A DNA stretch of 64,000 nucleotides from Macrostomum lignano (lineage: Eukaryota), in assembly GCA_002269645.1 (NCBI GenBank), contig NIVC01000839.1, positions 310,001-374,000 on the forward strand. Reading direction: 5' to 3'. Positions 46,518 to 59,158 of the stretch are shown piece by piece. Each line of letters begins with the position of its first letter. The stretch's first letter is position 1. Under the pieces are notes generated by a model. It made no database searches, was not told the DNA's origin, and worked only from the letters and a program-made list of their open reading frames with translations. The position numbers were made by a program, and so were the translations under genes.

Positions 46518-47472
46518 AATAATGAGCAAGATTAAAACAAAAATGGTGCCGATTTACCGTCGCCAAAAGAAACATAATGTTACCTTATCATCAAAGCGTT
46601 TGCAGGGCATCTAACTTGTGCGAAAGTCAACGCAACACGTTAAAACAACTCAACCTTTTTCTCCAAAACAAATGCCCAGCCTTCAAATATGAGTGTAAAT
46701 CCATAGATTTAGATTTATTGTGATCATATCATAATCGTGGTGTCAGTATGTCCTACATGATCTAGTGGTCCGTGGTGCGTCGCGTAGCTACAAGTACACT
46801 TGATTTTAACAAACTGATAAACAAATAATAGTTACGTGTGCATATTAAAGCAGTAGATTTCCTCTCGAAAATTAATTGTTTCATTTTTTAGTAAAATTCG
46901 AGTGAATAATCAGCTTGTTCAAGATAATCAACCAACTTGTATGACTCCCCTAAATGCCTCGTCAAGCTCAATCAATTGTTACTGGTAGCAACTCGCATCA
47001 CTGGGTGATAGATTGCTGTATTTTCCCTGATATTTTTATGAAACTAAAACAATTAACTTGAATTAAAAAATAAACTTTCAATACGAGCTATTTTAGTACA
47101 CTGTCGGTAGTAGACTGAAACGCGTTTATTAAAAATGTCGTCGTGTACTTTTTATGAGGACAATAACGGAAATTACGATCTGAATAAATAAGTTAGAAAA
47201 CGCCTCTTGTAGCTTAATATAAATAGCTTATACAAAAAAGCAACGACCAAAAGTGGAGTAAAAGTGAATCGCAGATGATAAAAAATCAATTAATTTGCAA
47301 TTGGATTTTTCAAATAGTTTACAAATTTCGCCTGTCACAGTCTGATAGCAGAGTCCGTCAGTAAATCGATTAAGCCTCTTTAATCCATCGCCTCTTTAAT
47401 TTTTATCTATCAGTAATTATCTCATCTCTGCTTCATAAGACCAAAACTTTAACAACACTGAAATCTCGCTTA

Positions 47473-47960
47473 CGGACTTTTCCCCTCCGGACATTTCTTC
47501 TCCGGACATTTCCCCTTCATCTATAACGAAATAACAGTGCCTTCGGACATGTCCAAAGAGAACATAAGTTGCATGTATATATATAAATGTAATAATATGG
47601 TAATATTATAATATTATAGTATTAGAATAATAATATACAAAATAATATAATAATATAATAATAATAAGATATAAAAAAAATTTTATATATCAATAATAGA
47701 GATAATAATAATATATTATATTATAATTCTATTATAATAAAACCTATAATAAAACATAATAAAACTATCTACTCTCACTTTTTACTTACATAATTTTTAA
47801 AATATAAGCGATCTAACAGCATAACTACATGGATGTGACGTACATGCGTGCAAAACTTCTTTTTGGCATGTTCTAAAGCTCTGTTATTTCGTTATAGCTG
47901 GATGGGAAATGTCCAGAGGGGAAATGTCCGGAGGGGAAACGCCGGAGGGGAAATGTCCGG
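47473..47960. mobile_element. TA-flanked MITE with repeated CCGGACATTTC subterminal motifs and AT-rich core
   Basis: TA-CGGACTTTTCCCCTCCGG left and CCGGAGGGGAAATGTCCGG-TA right; inner IR CTATAACGAAATAACAG / CTGTTATTTCGTTATAG. Confidence 0.78.
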
Positions 47961-48168
47961 TAGCCCTGAAATCTCCAACGTAGCCCTAAGCTATACACAC
48001 CGATTCTGGCCTTGTTGAGTTCTTCATGATCTATCTAAAAACCGACATTCCTTAGTCTGTATTTGCGACATCAACCTTTACTCTTTCCATTGTCTCCCTG
48101 TCATTATGAGTTTAATCAAACGTGAGTCTTTATTGAATTTTGATTTTTCTGAGTGTCTTTATTAATCC

Positions 48169-48300
48169 TCACGGTCTGTAGGTTGGTGGCGGTGGTAGCT
48201 GCTCTCCACGGTTGTCGCTTGCTCCAGCTTCCTGATACGGCGGCGGCTGGGCCGCATCATCAGCAGCTGCCGCATCGGTAGCTTTGCCGCTCCTTTGCAT
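48169..48300 (-). CDS. Possible 43-aa small ORF or terminal exon with two PY motifs
   Basis: MQRSGKATDAAAADDAAQPPPYQEAGASDNRGEQLPPPPTYRP*; GC-rich island with AATAAA directly downstream; upstream exons not found. Confidence 0.4.
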   Translation of the reverse strand: MQRSGKATDAAAADDAAQPPPYQEAGASDNRGEQLPPPPTYRP

Positions 48301-48439
48301 ACACCCTTAGCCCTCCATACAAAAAAGGACCCTGAAAAGTTACCGTTGTATCAGCGGTAAGTTCTAGTGGTCCTTGTCTACATCCTTGACTTCGTTACAA
48401 ACCCTAGCCTCTGTAGAAACTAGCTTTTGTACACAATTT

Positions 48440-48660
48440 AGCCCTCTGTACACATAGCCCTCTGTACACCTAGCCCGATCAGTACACCTAGCCCGATCAG
48501 TACACCTAGCCCGATCAGTACACCTAGCACTCAGTACACATAGCCCTCTGTACACCTAGCCCTCTGTACACCTAGCCCTCTGTACACCTAGCCCCTGTAC
48601 ACCTAGCCCTCTGTACACCTAGCCCTCTGTACACCTAGCCCCTGTACACCTAGCCCTCTG
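48440..48660. repeat. ~17-bp repeat (CTGTACACCTAGCCCT-like)
   Basis: Tandem units. Confidence 0.88.
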
Positions 48661-49017
48661 TAACCAACGCGGTCGCAACCAGTTTTAATTCGCTTTGTCC
48701 GCTGGTATGTCTCGTTCATAAATTTAGAGCCAAACGATCATGCTTCTAACTAACGCGCTAGCTAAATTAGGTATATTAACTGGCTCTCTTATTTCTTCAA
48801 GAGTGGAAGCGTAGAACAAGCCTTCACTTCTTTCTCGTGCTACGTGGAACCGCAACATATGGAGCATGCAGCATAAACGCTACAACTTTACTTAGCACCC
48901 GTGTATGTTTTTAGAAGCGCAATATCTTCTTCTATATTAAGCCTAATAAAATAAGAGTTTATCAACAGTCACACTGAAAAGCAAACAGACTACTAAAAGT
49001 GTCTGGCTGCATTAAAA

Positions 49018-51192
49018 ATGCGAATCAGCAATGTCAATATCTACCGGGCTGATCTGCCCCTGCTAGACGAAAGCTACAACTGGTCCGATGGGAAATCCGT
49101 TCGAGTACTCGACGCCACTGTGGTCGAATTGGTCACCGATTCCGGTATTCGAGGCTACGGCGAGTGCTGCCCGTTGGGACCGAACTACCTGCCGAGCTAT
49201 GCTAACGGGCTGAGGACCGGATTAGCGGAACTGCGACCGACTTTGATTGGCTTGGACCCCTTGGACATTGAAGTGGTCAACAGGCAGATGGACTACAACT
49301 TGAAGGTGATGACCTGCACTTTAACTTTTTCCCTATCCTAGGGAACATTCCAATCCACTGTCTTATGTACATTCCAATCCACTGTCCTATGTACATTCCA
49401 ATCCACTGTCCTATGTACATTCCTATCCACTATCCTATGTACATTCCAATCCACTGTCTTATGTACATTCCAAATTCCAATCCCCTGTCTATGGACATTC
49501 CAATCCCTTGCCTATGGACATCCTAATCCACTGTCTATGAACATTTCTGTCGCCTAGCTGTCTATTGGCCAAATCAACTTTGATTCAGAGCACCCGCCTA
49601 GTTATGTAAAGTACATTTCAAATCACAGGGCCATCCGTACGTAAAATCGCCGGTCGACATGGCGCTGTGGGACATCTTGGGAAAGTTCACCGGACTGCCA
49701 GTGTGCACCCTGCTCGGCGGTCGATTCGGAGACTACGTGCCGCTGTATCGGCCAATCAGTCAGGGCAGCCCGGAGGAGATGGTGGAGAGAGTGCGGCACT
49801 ATCGCGCCACCAGAGGCTACCGGCGCTTCCAACTGAAGGTTGGCGGCAGTGACGAGATGCTGGACGCTGCTCGGATTCGCGCGGTTCGATCGGCACTTAC
49901 GGATGGCGAACTACTGGTGGCGGATGCTAACACGGGTACAAGAGTTCGATTGCAATTCAGAGTGTTGGTGCAGGCGATAAACACCTGTGGAAGGGCCGCT
50001 AGTTGGGGTGTTGGTGCAGGCAATAAAACCCTGGGGAAGGGCCGCTAGTTGGGGTGTTGGTGCAGGCCATAAAACCCTGCGTAAGGGTCACTAATTGCGA
50101 GAGTCAATTCAGGCAATAAAACCCTGAGGAAGGGCCGCTAGTTGGGGTGTTGGTGCAGGCCATAAAACCCTGGGGAAGGGCCGCTAGTTGGGGTGTTGGT
50201 GCAGGCAATAAAACCCTGGGGAAGGGCCGCTAGTTGGGGTGTTGGTGCAGGCCATAAAACCCTGCGTAAGGGTCACTAATTGCGAGAGTCAATTCAGGCA
50301 ATAAAACCCTGAGGAAGGGCCGCTAGTTGGGGTGTTGGTGCAGGCAATAAAACCCTGGGGAAGGGCCGCTAGTTGGGGTGTTGGTGCAGGCAATAAAACC
50401 CTGGGGAAGGGCCGCTAGTTGGGGTGTTGGTGCAGGCAATAAAACCCTGGGGAAGGGCCGCTAGTTGGGGTGTTGGTGCAGGCCATAAAACCCTGCGTAA
50501 GGGTCACTAATTGCGAGAGTCAATTCAGGCAATAAAACCCTGAGGAAGGGCCGCTAGTTGGGGTGTTGGTGCAGGCCATAAAACCCCGGGGGAAGGGTCA
50601 CTACCGTATTTATTTAGGACTGTTCTGCAGGCATTAAAGTCTTCAAGTGAAAGTAATTAAACTTTTCTAATAAAAATCTTACCTAGGATGGCTCCCGCAC
50701 CAAGCGGTTCGAGTGTGCCAGTCTGTCTCCGACCTGGATGTGTACATCGAACAGCCCTGCGCCACTATGGATCAGTGCCGACAGGTGCGCGAGGCGAGCG
50801 CCTGCGGCCTGCCGTTTATCTTAGACGAGAGCATCGACTCGCTGGATAGCTTGCTGTCAATGCGCGGAGCGGCAGACTGCATCAATATCAAAATTAGCAA
50901 AGTTGGCGGCCTCACAAAAGCCAGGCAGATGAGAGACCTGGCTGTTCACCTGGGCCTAGCCATGGTGCTGGAGGACTGCTGGGGCAGCGACTTCGCCACG
51001 GCCGCCATTGCTCATCTGGCGCACAGCACGCCAGAGAAGCACAGGCTGATGAGCGCTGACTTTAATACTTACCATCCGGTGAGAACAGGACACCTGGCCA
51101 AGCCGCTAACCAATGATAGGGGCGGCATGGTGGCGCCGGGGGGACCGGGCCTCGGTGTGGAGCCGAACTTTGCCGCTCTGATTAAAGTCTGA
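49018..51192 (+). CDS. Enolase-superfamily (muconate lactonizing enzyme subgroup) enzyme, cis-3-hydroxy-L-proline dehydratase-like, 366 aa; exons 49018-49305, 49629-49935, 50687-51192
   Basis: The three exons total 1101 nt in frame. Motifs GYGECCPLG, GHPYVKSPVDMALWDILGK, FQLKVGG, DANTG|W, EQPC, LDE, INIKISKVGGLTKA, EDCWG, PGLG. Superfamily call is secure; substrate is inferred. Confidence 0.88.
49340..49540. repeat. ~24-bp repeat (TACATTCCAATCCACTGTCCTATG)n, intron 1 of the dehydratase-like gene
   Basis: Tandem units. Confidence 0.88.
49985..50600. repeat. ~44-bp minisatellite (GGAAGGGCCGCTAGTTGGGGTGTTGGTGCAGGCAATAAAACCCTGG-like) with higher-order insert, intron 2 of the dehydratase-like gene
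   Basis: Units interspersed three times with a CGTAAGGGTCACTAATTGCGAGAGTCAATTC variant. Confidence 0.92.
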
Positions 51193-51459
51193 ACTGTTGC
51201 TGATGAAAGCTGACGTGAAGTAGGCTTCAGTCAAATTGTAAAATCTGTTGTTAAAAATTAAAAAAATACAGAGCTATAGAGAGCGACATCATTTTTGTTT
51301 AACCTATAGGGTGCAGAATGAATCAACCAGTCGATCAGACTCAACGATCAATCATTATGCTAATAAAACAAATTAAAGCAACAATTATTTTATTAAATAG
51401 TCACTCGACCAATAAAATTTTTCAAGCAATCATTCATCAATCAATTACTAAATTAACCA

Positions 51460-51496
51460 ATCAATCAATAAATCAATAAATCAATAAATCAATCAG

Positions 51497-51575
<79 letters not shown>

Positions 51576-51712
51576 GTCAGTCAATCAATCAATCAGTCAG
51601 TCAATCAATCAATCAGTCAGTCAATCAATCAATCAATCAGTCAATCAATCAATCAATAAATAAATCAATCAATCAATCAATCAGTCAATCAATCAGTCAA
51701 TCAATCAATCAG

Positions 51713-51759
<47 letters not shown>

Positions 51760-51820
51760 GTCAATCAATCAATAAATCAATCAATCAATCAATCAATCAA
51801 TCAGTCAATCAATCAATCAG

Positions 51821-51861
<41 letters not shown>

Positions 51862-51906
51862 TAGTCAATCAATCAATCAAACAATCAGTCAATCAATCAA
51901 TCAGTT

Positions 51907-51945
<39 letters not shown>

Positions 51946-52200
51946 TAGTCAATCAGTCAATCAATCAATCAATCAATCAGTCAATTAATCAGTCAATCAA
52001 TCAATCAGTCAATCAATCAATAAATCAGTCAATCAATCAATCAATCAATCAATCAGTCAATCAATTAATCAATCAATCAATCAGTCAGTCAATCAATCAA
52101 TCAATCAATCATTCAATCAATCAGTCAATCAATCAGTCAATCAATCAATCAATCAATCAGTCAATCAATCAATCAATCAATCAATCAGTCAATCAAACAG
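51460..52200. repeat. (ATCA)n tetranucleotide microsatellite, ~740 bp
   Basis: Directly visible, with GTCA variants. Confidence 0.98.
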
Positions 52201-53809
52201 CTGATCAGTGGATAAATCAAGTTGATATTCCGATACATCAATCAATGAATCAATCAATGGTCAATGCAGCGAGCCTCAGACCTTCTTTGTCTCTATAGAT
52301 TTGGTAAAATCGCGCTAAGTGCTGATTGAAGCCTGAGATTCGTCAACTCGAAAAGTCATTAATTGTATTAAAAAGATTTTTGAAATTTGGAACTGGTAAA
52401 ATTTACACCTGTTGATCCGCTAGTCTCGCGTCTTCGACAATCAAACAAACTGCTGATCGTCGGAAACCTCACTTGCAGCACCCAGCTTCACGGCGGCCCC
52501 TCATCACTAGATTACTACTTCTAAAAGTCTCCCATAGTGGTAGATTTCAAGATTGAGCATAGTTAGTTACTACAGTGCAGTTGTGGAGGCTTTGATGCGG
52601 AGTAGAGTCGGGACTCATAATTGCATTACGGTGAACGTTCCATAGTAAGATTATTTACATTCTCAATTGAACAATACAAAATATCGATTTTGCAGCCCCC
52701 AGCGTGACGCACGACCCCTCATCATCAGTTTACAATCCTCGCAAATTTCCAGAGAAAGACACATTATGCGCTGGTGTCCTACTAACAGTAGCATCGGTAT
52801 ACTTAAAGTACGCGAAATACCGTATAGATTCTCATCTAAAATCTAAAACTTTTGATAACTATAACACTTACAGTAAAATCGTCTGTTATACTTTAATATC
52901 ATCCGTTATACTGTAATATAGTCTGTTGCACTGTAATAACGTCCGTTATACTGTAATAATATCTGTTATGCTGTAATATTGTCTGTTATACTGGAATAAT
53001 GTCTGTTATACTGCAATAATGTCCGTTTTACTGTATCAATATCCGCCCCATCTCTGTTGGTGCAATAGCTAGTATTGATATTATACAATATATTAGACTG
53101 AAGTCTATCAGTATCTACTAAACCTTGTCATTCTTGTCTGTTATACAGTGCACTTTCCTCCCATATTTCATAAAGAATGGCACAGAAACCAATGTGACCA
53201 ATGCTCCGGTGACAGTCTCGTCCGCTCGGCAAAAACGCATTCTTAGCTCGCGCAACACTACACGGCTGCAGGACCTCTGCTTTCCTGTTCCACACTCGTA
53301 CATCATTTTCCAGCGTGGACAAAGCAAAAGCAGCCCCTCCGCACACACCCAACACAGGAAAATATTAATAAACTCAACTAAACCCTCTCTTGTGAAAGAA
53401 AGAATTAAGGGTATTAGCGCTTGGGGAAAAAAGAAATTCGCTGTTTTGCTGGCAGTTGCAGTTGCAGCGCGGCAACTCGGCTTCTCTCCCGAGAGAAAAA
53501 CAAAAATACAGCTTGACTTGGGAAAAAAATCTTAAGATAGGAGTTAACTATAGAAAGGCGCATTTTTTTAAACTCTGAGGCTAATTTCTGTATAGGGAAT
53601 TCTCAAATTCTACTAAAGGACCTGGCACGTTTCTTTGAGAAGCGACTTAAGGTTTATAAAGTGCTTCTTAAAATATTGGACAAAAAGCAAAAAACTAATT
53701 TAGAAATTGATTTCTAAGCTCAAGTGTTGAGATGGAATAGATTGGAGTGGGAATAAGGGAGTTAGGGAGGCAAAGAGCTGTGCAAAGGATATAAAAAGAT
53801 TGTGGGTGA

Positions 53810-54310
53810 GCTGTGGAGATGGAGAGTGAGATGAGGAGTTGGAGAGTGCAATGGGGAGATGGAGGGTGAGATGGCGAGATGGAGAGTGAGATGGCGAGAT
53901 GGAGAGTGAGATGGGGAGATGGAGAGTGAGATGAAGAGATAAACGGTGAGATGGCGAGATGGAGAGTGAGATGGCGAGATGGAGAGTGAGACGGCGACAT
54001 CGAGAGTGAGATGGGGAGATGGAGAGTGAGATAGGGAGATGGAGAAAGAGATGGGGAGTTGGAGAGTGAGATGGGGAGATGGAGAGTGAGATGGCGAGAT
54101 GGAGAGTGAGATGGCGAGATGGAGAGTGAGATGGTGAGATGGAGAGTGAGATGGCGAGATGGAGAATGAGACGGCGACATGGAGAGTGAGATGGCGAGAT
54201 GGAGAGTGAGATGGGGAGATGGAGAGTGAGATGGGGAGATGGAGAAAGAGATTGGGAGCTGGAGAGTGAGATGGGGAGATGGTCGGTGAGATGGGAAGAT
54301 GGAGAGTGAG
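53810..54310. repeat. (GAGATGGAGAGTGAGATGG)-like purine-rich repeat
   Basis: Tandem units. Confidence 0.9.
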
Positions 54311-55059
54311 ATGCGGAGCAGATGATGGGGTTTAATAAACTTGTTTTCCGGTTAGGGAGATCTGATGATGAGGAACTCCCCACTCTAACCCCCGGATACG
54401 AAGCTGAGGCTGGAAGTGAAAAAAGCGCACACAAATCAAAATGCATCTGCGTGACTCTCTGGCAATATCTGGATTGGCTGCAGTTCCTCTTGCACAGCTT
54501 TTTGCTTTTTTGCTCGTAGATCAATCGTTTTTCCCCAGGAAAGTCTCTCGTCATCGGAACTGTTCGGGGCAACTCAAAACGAGAGCTTGTATAGCTACTC
54601 TTTCTCCATAACTCAGCCATGACTCAGGTCTTCTTTGAAAAAATTCCGACTGTGAGCACTGTTGAATGATACGGTGCATAAGCTGGGAATTATCTGTCCG
54701 AAGTCTACACCGAATTCCCAACTAGCATAGAAAATGATCGATGCAATGGGATTATTGCCCAAGGATCGGTCATCCTTCTTATCAGCTGGGCACTGGGTTG
54801 AGGGAGGAGGCGGCTAGGTAACTCGTATGGGAGCGTCAGGATTGTAAAACCATGTTTTATAGAGTTGCTACTCAGCACGTGTGCTCAATATAAGCTGATC
54901 TGATTAGAACTGAGGGTGGAACTAAGGTTGGCTGCGGCCTGAGCATGGGCGTGAGCGGCCGCTATCCTGCCTAACCATCTGGGTTGCATTCTCTGACCCT
55001 GACTTGTTCACTTCCTGTCTTACTCTTCTCCTTTACCCTCTCTACTCGAGTCTTCACCC

Positions 55060-55900
55060 TCTTTCTCTCCTCCTAGTCATCACCCTCTCAGTGATCACCC
55101 TCTCTCAGTCATCACCCTCCCAGTCATCACCCTCTCCCAGTCATCTCCCTCCCAGTCATCAACATCTCCCAGTCATCACCCTCTCTCAGTCATCACCCTC
55201 TCAGTGATCACCCTCTCCCAGTCATCACCATCTCCCAGTCATCACCATCTCCCAGTCATCACCATCTCCCAGTCATCACCATCTCCCAGTCATCACCCTC
55301 TCTCAGTCATCACCCTCCCAGTCATCACCCTCTCCCAGTCATCTCCCTCTCCCAGTCATCACCACCTCCCAGTCATCAACATCTCCCAGTCATCACCCTC
55401 TCTCAGTCATCACCCTCTCAGTGATCACCCTCTCCCAGTCATCACCATCTCCCAGTCATCACCATCTCCCAGTCATCACCATCTCCCAGTCATCACCATC
55501 TCCCAGTCATCACCCTCTCTCAGTCATCACCCTCCCAGTCATCACCCTCTCCCAGTCATCTCCCTCTCTCAGTCATCACCCTCTCTCAGTCATCACCCTC
55601 TCCCAGTCATCACCCTCTCTCAGTCATCACCATCTCCCAGTCATCACCCTCTGCCAGTCATACCCTATCTCAGTCCTCACCCTCTCTTAGTTATCACCCT
55701 TTCTCAATCATCACCCTCTCTCAATCATCACCCTCTCTCAATCATCACCTTCTCAGTCATCACCCTCTGCCAGTCATACCCTATCTCACTCATCACCATC
55801 TCCCAGTCATCACCCTCTCTCTGTCATCACCCTCTCTCAGTCATCACCATTTCTCGGTCATCATCCTCTGCCAGTCATACCCTCTCAGTCATCACCCTTT
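55060..55900. repeat. ~17-bp repeat (CAGTCATCACCCTCTCT)n
   Basis: Tandem degenerate units. Confidence 0.9.
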
Positions 55901-56284
55901 CTTTAAATTTTTTAGTTTATTGACGCAGACAATCAAAATTTTATTCTGGATGTCAATTCTAAGAAAGACAAAAAGCATTGCGGTTTAAACGCTCCTATTG
56001 ACAAGAAGCAGTGCTTTGTTTCTGGGAAAGACAGTCAGTCCACTATCCATCAAGCTAGCTGTTTATGCTGGTAATTAATCATCGAAGCCAAACCTGTTAG
56101 TCACAAGATTGTTGAAAGATTTAAAGGCAGTTTTTTTAGTGCAAACTCAGTCGTAAACATTAATGCTGACTCTGTTAAATATCGCCATTGGCCATTAGAG
56201 CCACAATAAGTGACAGATGTTTTGACAGGTAAAAAACATTTTTAAGGTTACCTGGGTTTCTGTCTCAACACGTTAAGATGAAGA

Positions 56285-57610
56285 TGTAGTCAGGGATCTG
56301 TTCTAACATGTTGTCAGGGATCTGTTCAAGCATGTTGTCAGGGATCTGTTCAAGCATGTTGTTAGGGATCTGTTCAAGCATGTTGTCAGGGATCTGTTCA
56401 AGCATGTTGTCAGGGATCTGTACCAACATGTTGTCAGGGATCTGTTCAAACATGTTGTTAGGGATCTGTTCAAGCATGTTGTCAGGGATCTGTACCAACA
56501 TGTTGTCAGGGATCTGTTCAAGCATGTTGTTAGGGATCTGTTCAAGCATGTTGTTAGGGATCTGTTCAAGCATGTTGTTAGGGATCTGTTCAAGCATGTT
56601 GTCAGGGATCTGTTCCAACATGTTGTCAGGGATCTGTTCCAACATGTTGTTAGGGATCTGTTCAAGCATGTTGTCAGGGATCTGTTCAAGCATGTTGTCA
56701 GGGATCTGTTCAAGCATGTTGTTAGGGATCTGTTCAAGCATGTTGTTAGGGATCTGTTCAAGCATGTTGTTAGGGATCTGTTCAAGCATGTTGTTAGGGA
56801 TCTGTTCAAGCATGTTGTCAGGGATCTGTACCAACATGTTGTCAGGGATCTGTTCAAGCATGTTGTTAGGGATCTGTTCAAGCATGTTGTCAGGGATCTG
56901 TACCAACATGTTGTCAGGGATCTGTTCAAGCATGTTGTTAGGGATCTGTTCAAGCATGTTTTAGGGATCTGTTCAAGCATGTTGTTAGGGATCTGTTCAA
57001 GCATGTTGTCAGGGATCTGTTCCAACATGTTGTCAGGGATCTGTTCCAACATGTTGTTAGGGATCTGTTCAAGCATGTTGTCAGGGATCTGTTCAAGCAT
57101 GTTGTCAGGGATCTGTTCAAGCATGTTGTTAGGGATCTGTTCAAGCATGTTGTTAGGGATCTGTTCAAGCATGTTGTTAGGGATCTGTTCAAGCATGTTG
57201 TCAGGGATCTGTTCAAGCATGTTGTTAGGGATCTGTTCCAACATGTTTACAGGGATCTGATCCAGCATGTTGTCAGGGATCTGTTCCAACATGTTGTCAA
57301 GAATCTGTTCCGACATGTTGTCAGGGATCTGTTCCAACATGTCGTCAGGGATCTGTTCCAACATGTCGTCATTAATCTGTTCCAACATGTCGTCGGGGAT
57401 CTGCTCCAACATGTGTCAGGAATCTGTTCCAACATGTCGTCAGGGATCTGTTCCAACATGTTGTCAGGAATCTGTTCCAACATGTCGTCAGGGATCTGTT
57501 CCAACATGTTGTCAGGAATTTGTTCTAACATGTCGTCAGGGATCTGTTCCAACATGTTGTCAGGAATTTGTTCTAACATGTTGTCAGGGATCTGTTCCAA
57601 GATGTTGTCA
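56285..57610. repeat. 24-bp minisatellite (CATGTTGTCAGGGATCTGTTCAAG)n
   Basis: About 55 units; 8-aa repeat ORFs. Confidence 0.96.
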
Positions 57611-57750
57611 GGGAAGAGAAATGAAGACCAACAGTGGAAATATAAAATAGTCGATGATTTACAAAATGCTAAAGCAGGCAGGAGTTCTGAGCACGCATGG
57701 TGCAACGCCTTCGTCGACAGCGAGGCAATTCTGCCCATCCGCTGACTCCT

Positions 57751-58005
57751 GGGAGCGGTTGTAGCCTAGTGGTTAGAGGGTCGGACTCACGACTTGAAGG
57801 TCGGGGGTTCGATTCCCGATCTCACTCGGAAAAATTTGTGTCCTTGAGCAAGACACTTGACTTTGCATTGCTTCAGTTCACCCAGCTGTAAAATAGGTGC
57901 CAGCCCAATTAGCTGAGGTAATTGGGGGAGCGTGGCGACCCCTCCCCAGTCCTTGAACTGAGCAGCAATAGCTGCAGCTGAGCTGTCGGTTGCACATCTG
58001 GCCCA
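57751..58005 (+). mobile_element. CORE-type SINE copy 3, with intact tRNA-like head
   Basis: A box TAGCCTAGTGG, B box GGTTCGATTCC, apparent CAC anticodon loop, then core TGTGTCCTTGAGCAAGACACTT..CTGTAAAAT and tail. Confidence 0.85.
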
Positions 58006-58789
58006 ACTGGGGTAGGTGTAACTATTTATGTAACTACCCACTGACCAGTTTTTGTGCTCAAAAGTACCCAAAATAATGTGGTCGCGACCGGAATTGAAGC
58101 AGGATTTGCGGAGCGAGAGCTCACACGTGTTTACCATTGAGCTTTTCTGCCCCTGATGTATTCTGTTTATTAGAATTTTGAGTCTAGCATGTCCCGACGC
58201 GAGGTACCTAAGCTTGGGTTGAATAAGTTACGTCGGTAATCAGACTCAGCCAGCAGCATCTCTCATAAGTGATTTTTTATTCCCCTTAGGGATGCTGCAT
58301 AGAACGAAGGCAAACAGCAAATACTAGGTAGCTATGGAATAGTTTGCAGAGGCCGAGGGCCAGATGCCAGGTAGATAATATTATAGGAGACCCCGGAAGC
58401 TGGGAACGAAATTTCCAGTTGACGTATTCTCAAATGACAGGCGCATACAAAACAAGCTTAACAACCGGGACACAAGCTGAAATATGATGCTACGACACGG
58501 AACAGATGGGAGCCGATACAGTTATAATCCATTCCCATGTATTTTTATTTGATACTCAAGTTGTCTAATCAAAGCGATTTCTTGTTTTTGTTTGTACTAA
58601 AATTGCACATTTAACAGCATTGCGATTTAGAAGCTAAAAGCTCAGATTACTGGTAAAATTTGAAACTTTTTCCAGCTAAAGCTTAGTTAATTTGTAAAAT
58701 TTGAATCGAAAATAAAAATAACATTTAAATGAGACTCCGACACAAGCTATAATGACAGTGTCTGTACTGAGGTAAATAGGTGTCAATGA

Positions 58790-59000
58790 ACTCAAACTGA
58801 TGTGAATCTAGGTGCCAATGGACTTTAAATGAGTTGAATCTCAAGTTCCAGTAAGCTCCAACTGAGGTGAATCTAGATGTAAATGAACTTCAATTGAAGT
58901 GAATCTATAGGTATTAATGAACTCCAACTGAGGTGAATCTAGGTATGAATGAACTCCAACTGAGGTGAATCTAGGTGAATGAACTCTTAATGAGATGAAT
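58790..59000. repeat. Degenerate copies of the GAACTCCAACTGAGGTGAATCT repeat
   Basis: Same core as the 61.6-64 kb array, same orientation. Confidence 0.75.
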
Positions 59001-59158
59001 CTCAAGGTGAGATGAGATGCTTGTACAACAAATTTAACCGACAGCTCAAACTTGCTAAAGCGGAAACATTGCATGGAGATAGGTAATGCCTATGATTTTA
59101 GATGTCGTCACAATTTTCAATCAATTCAGCTTGATAAAGACGTTTTATCAAGCAAACA

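Noticed and set aside
49018-51192. Bacterial contamination or chimeric assembly
   Set aside because: Two in-phase GT-AG introns with host-type minisatellites interrupt the ORF, and the flanks are ordinary host repeats.
53125-53535. 136-aa plus-strand ORF and overlapping minus-strand ORFs
   Set aside because: No recognisable domain and no consistent splice partners.
54320-54620. Non-repeat N-terminal part of the 306-aa minus-strand ORF
   Set aside because: No recognisable family; the rest of the ORF is repeat-derived.
57751-57830. tRNA gene (CAC anticodon)
   Set aside because: Stems are poorly paired and the sequence runs straight into a core shared with two other dispersed copies. It is a SINE head.
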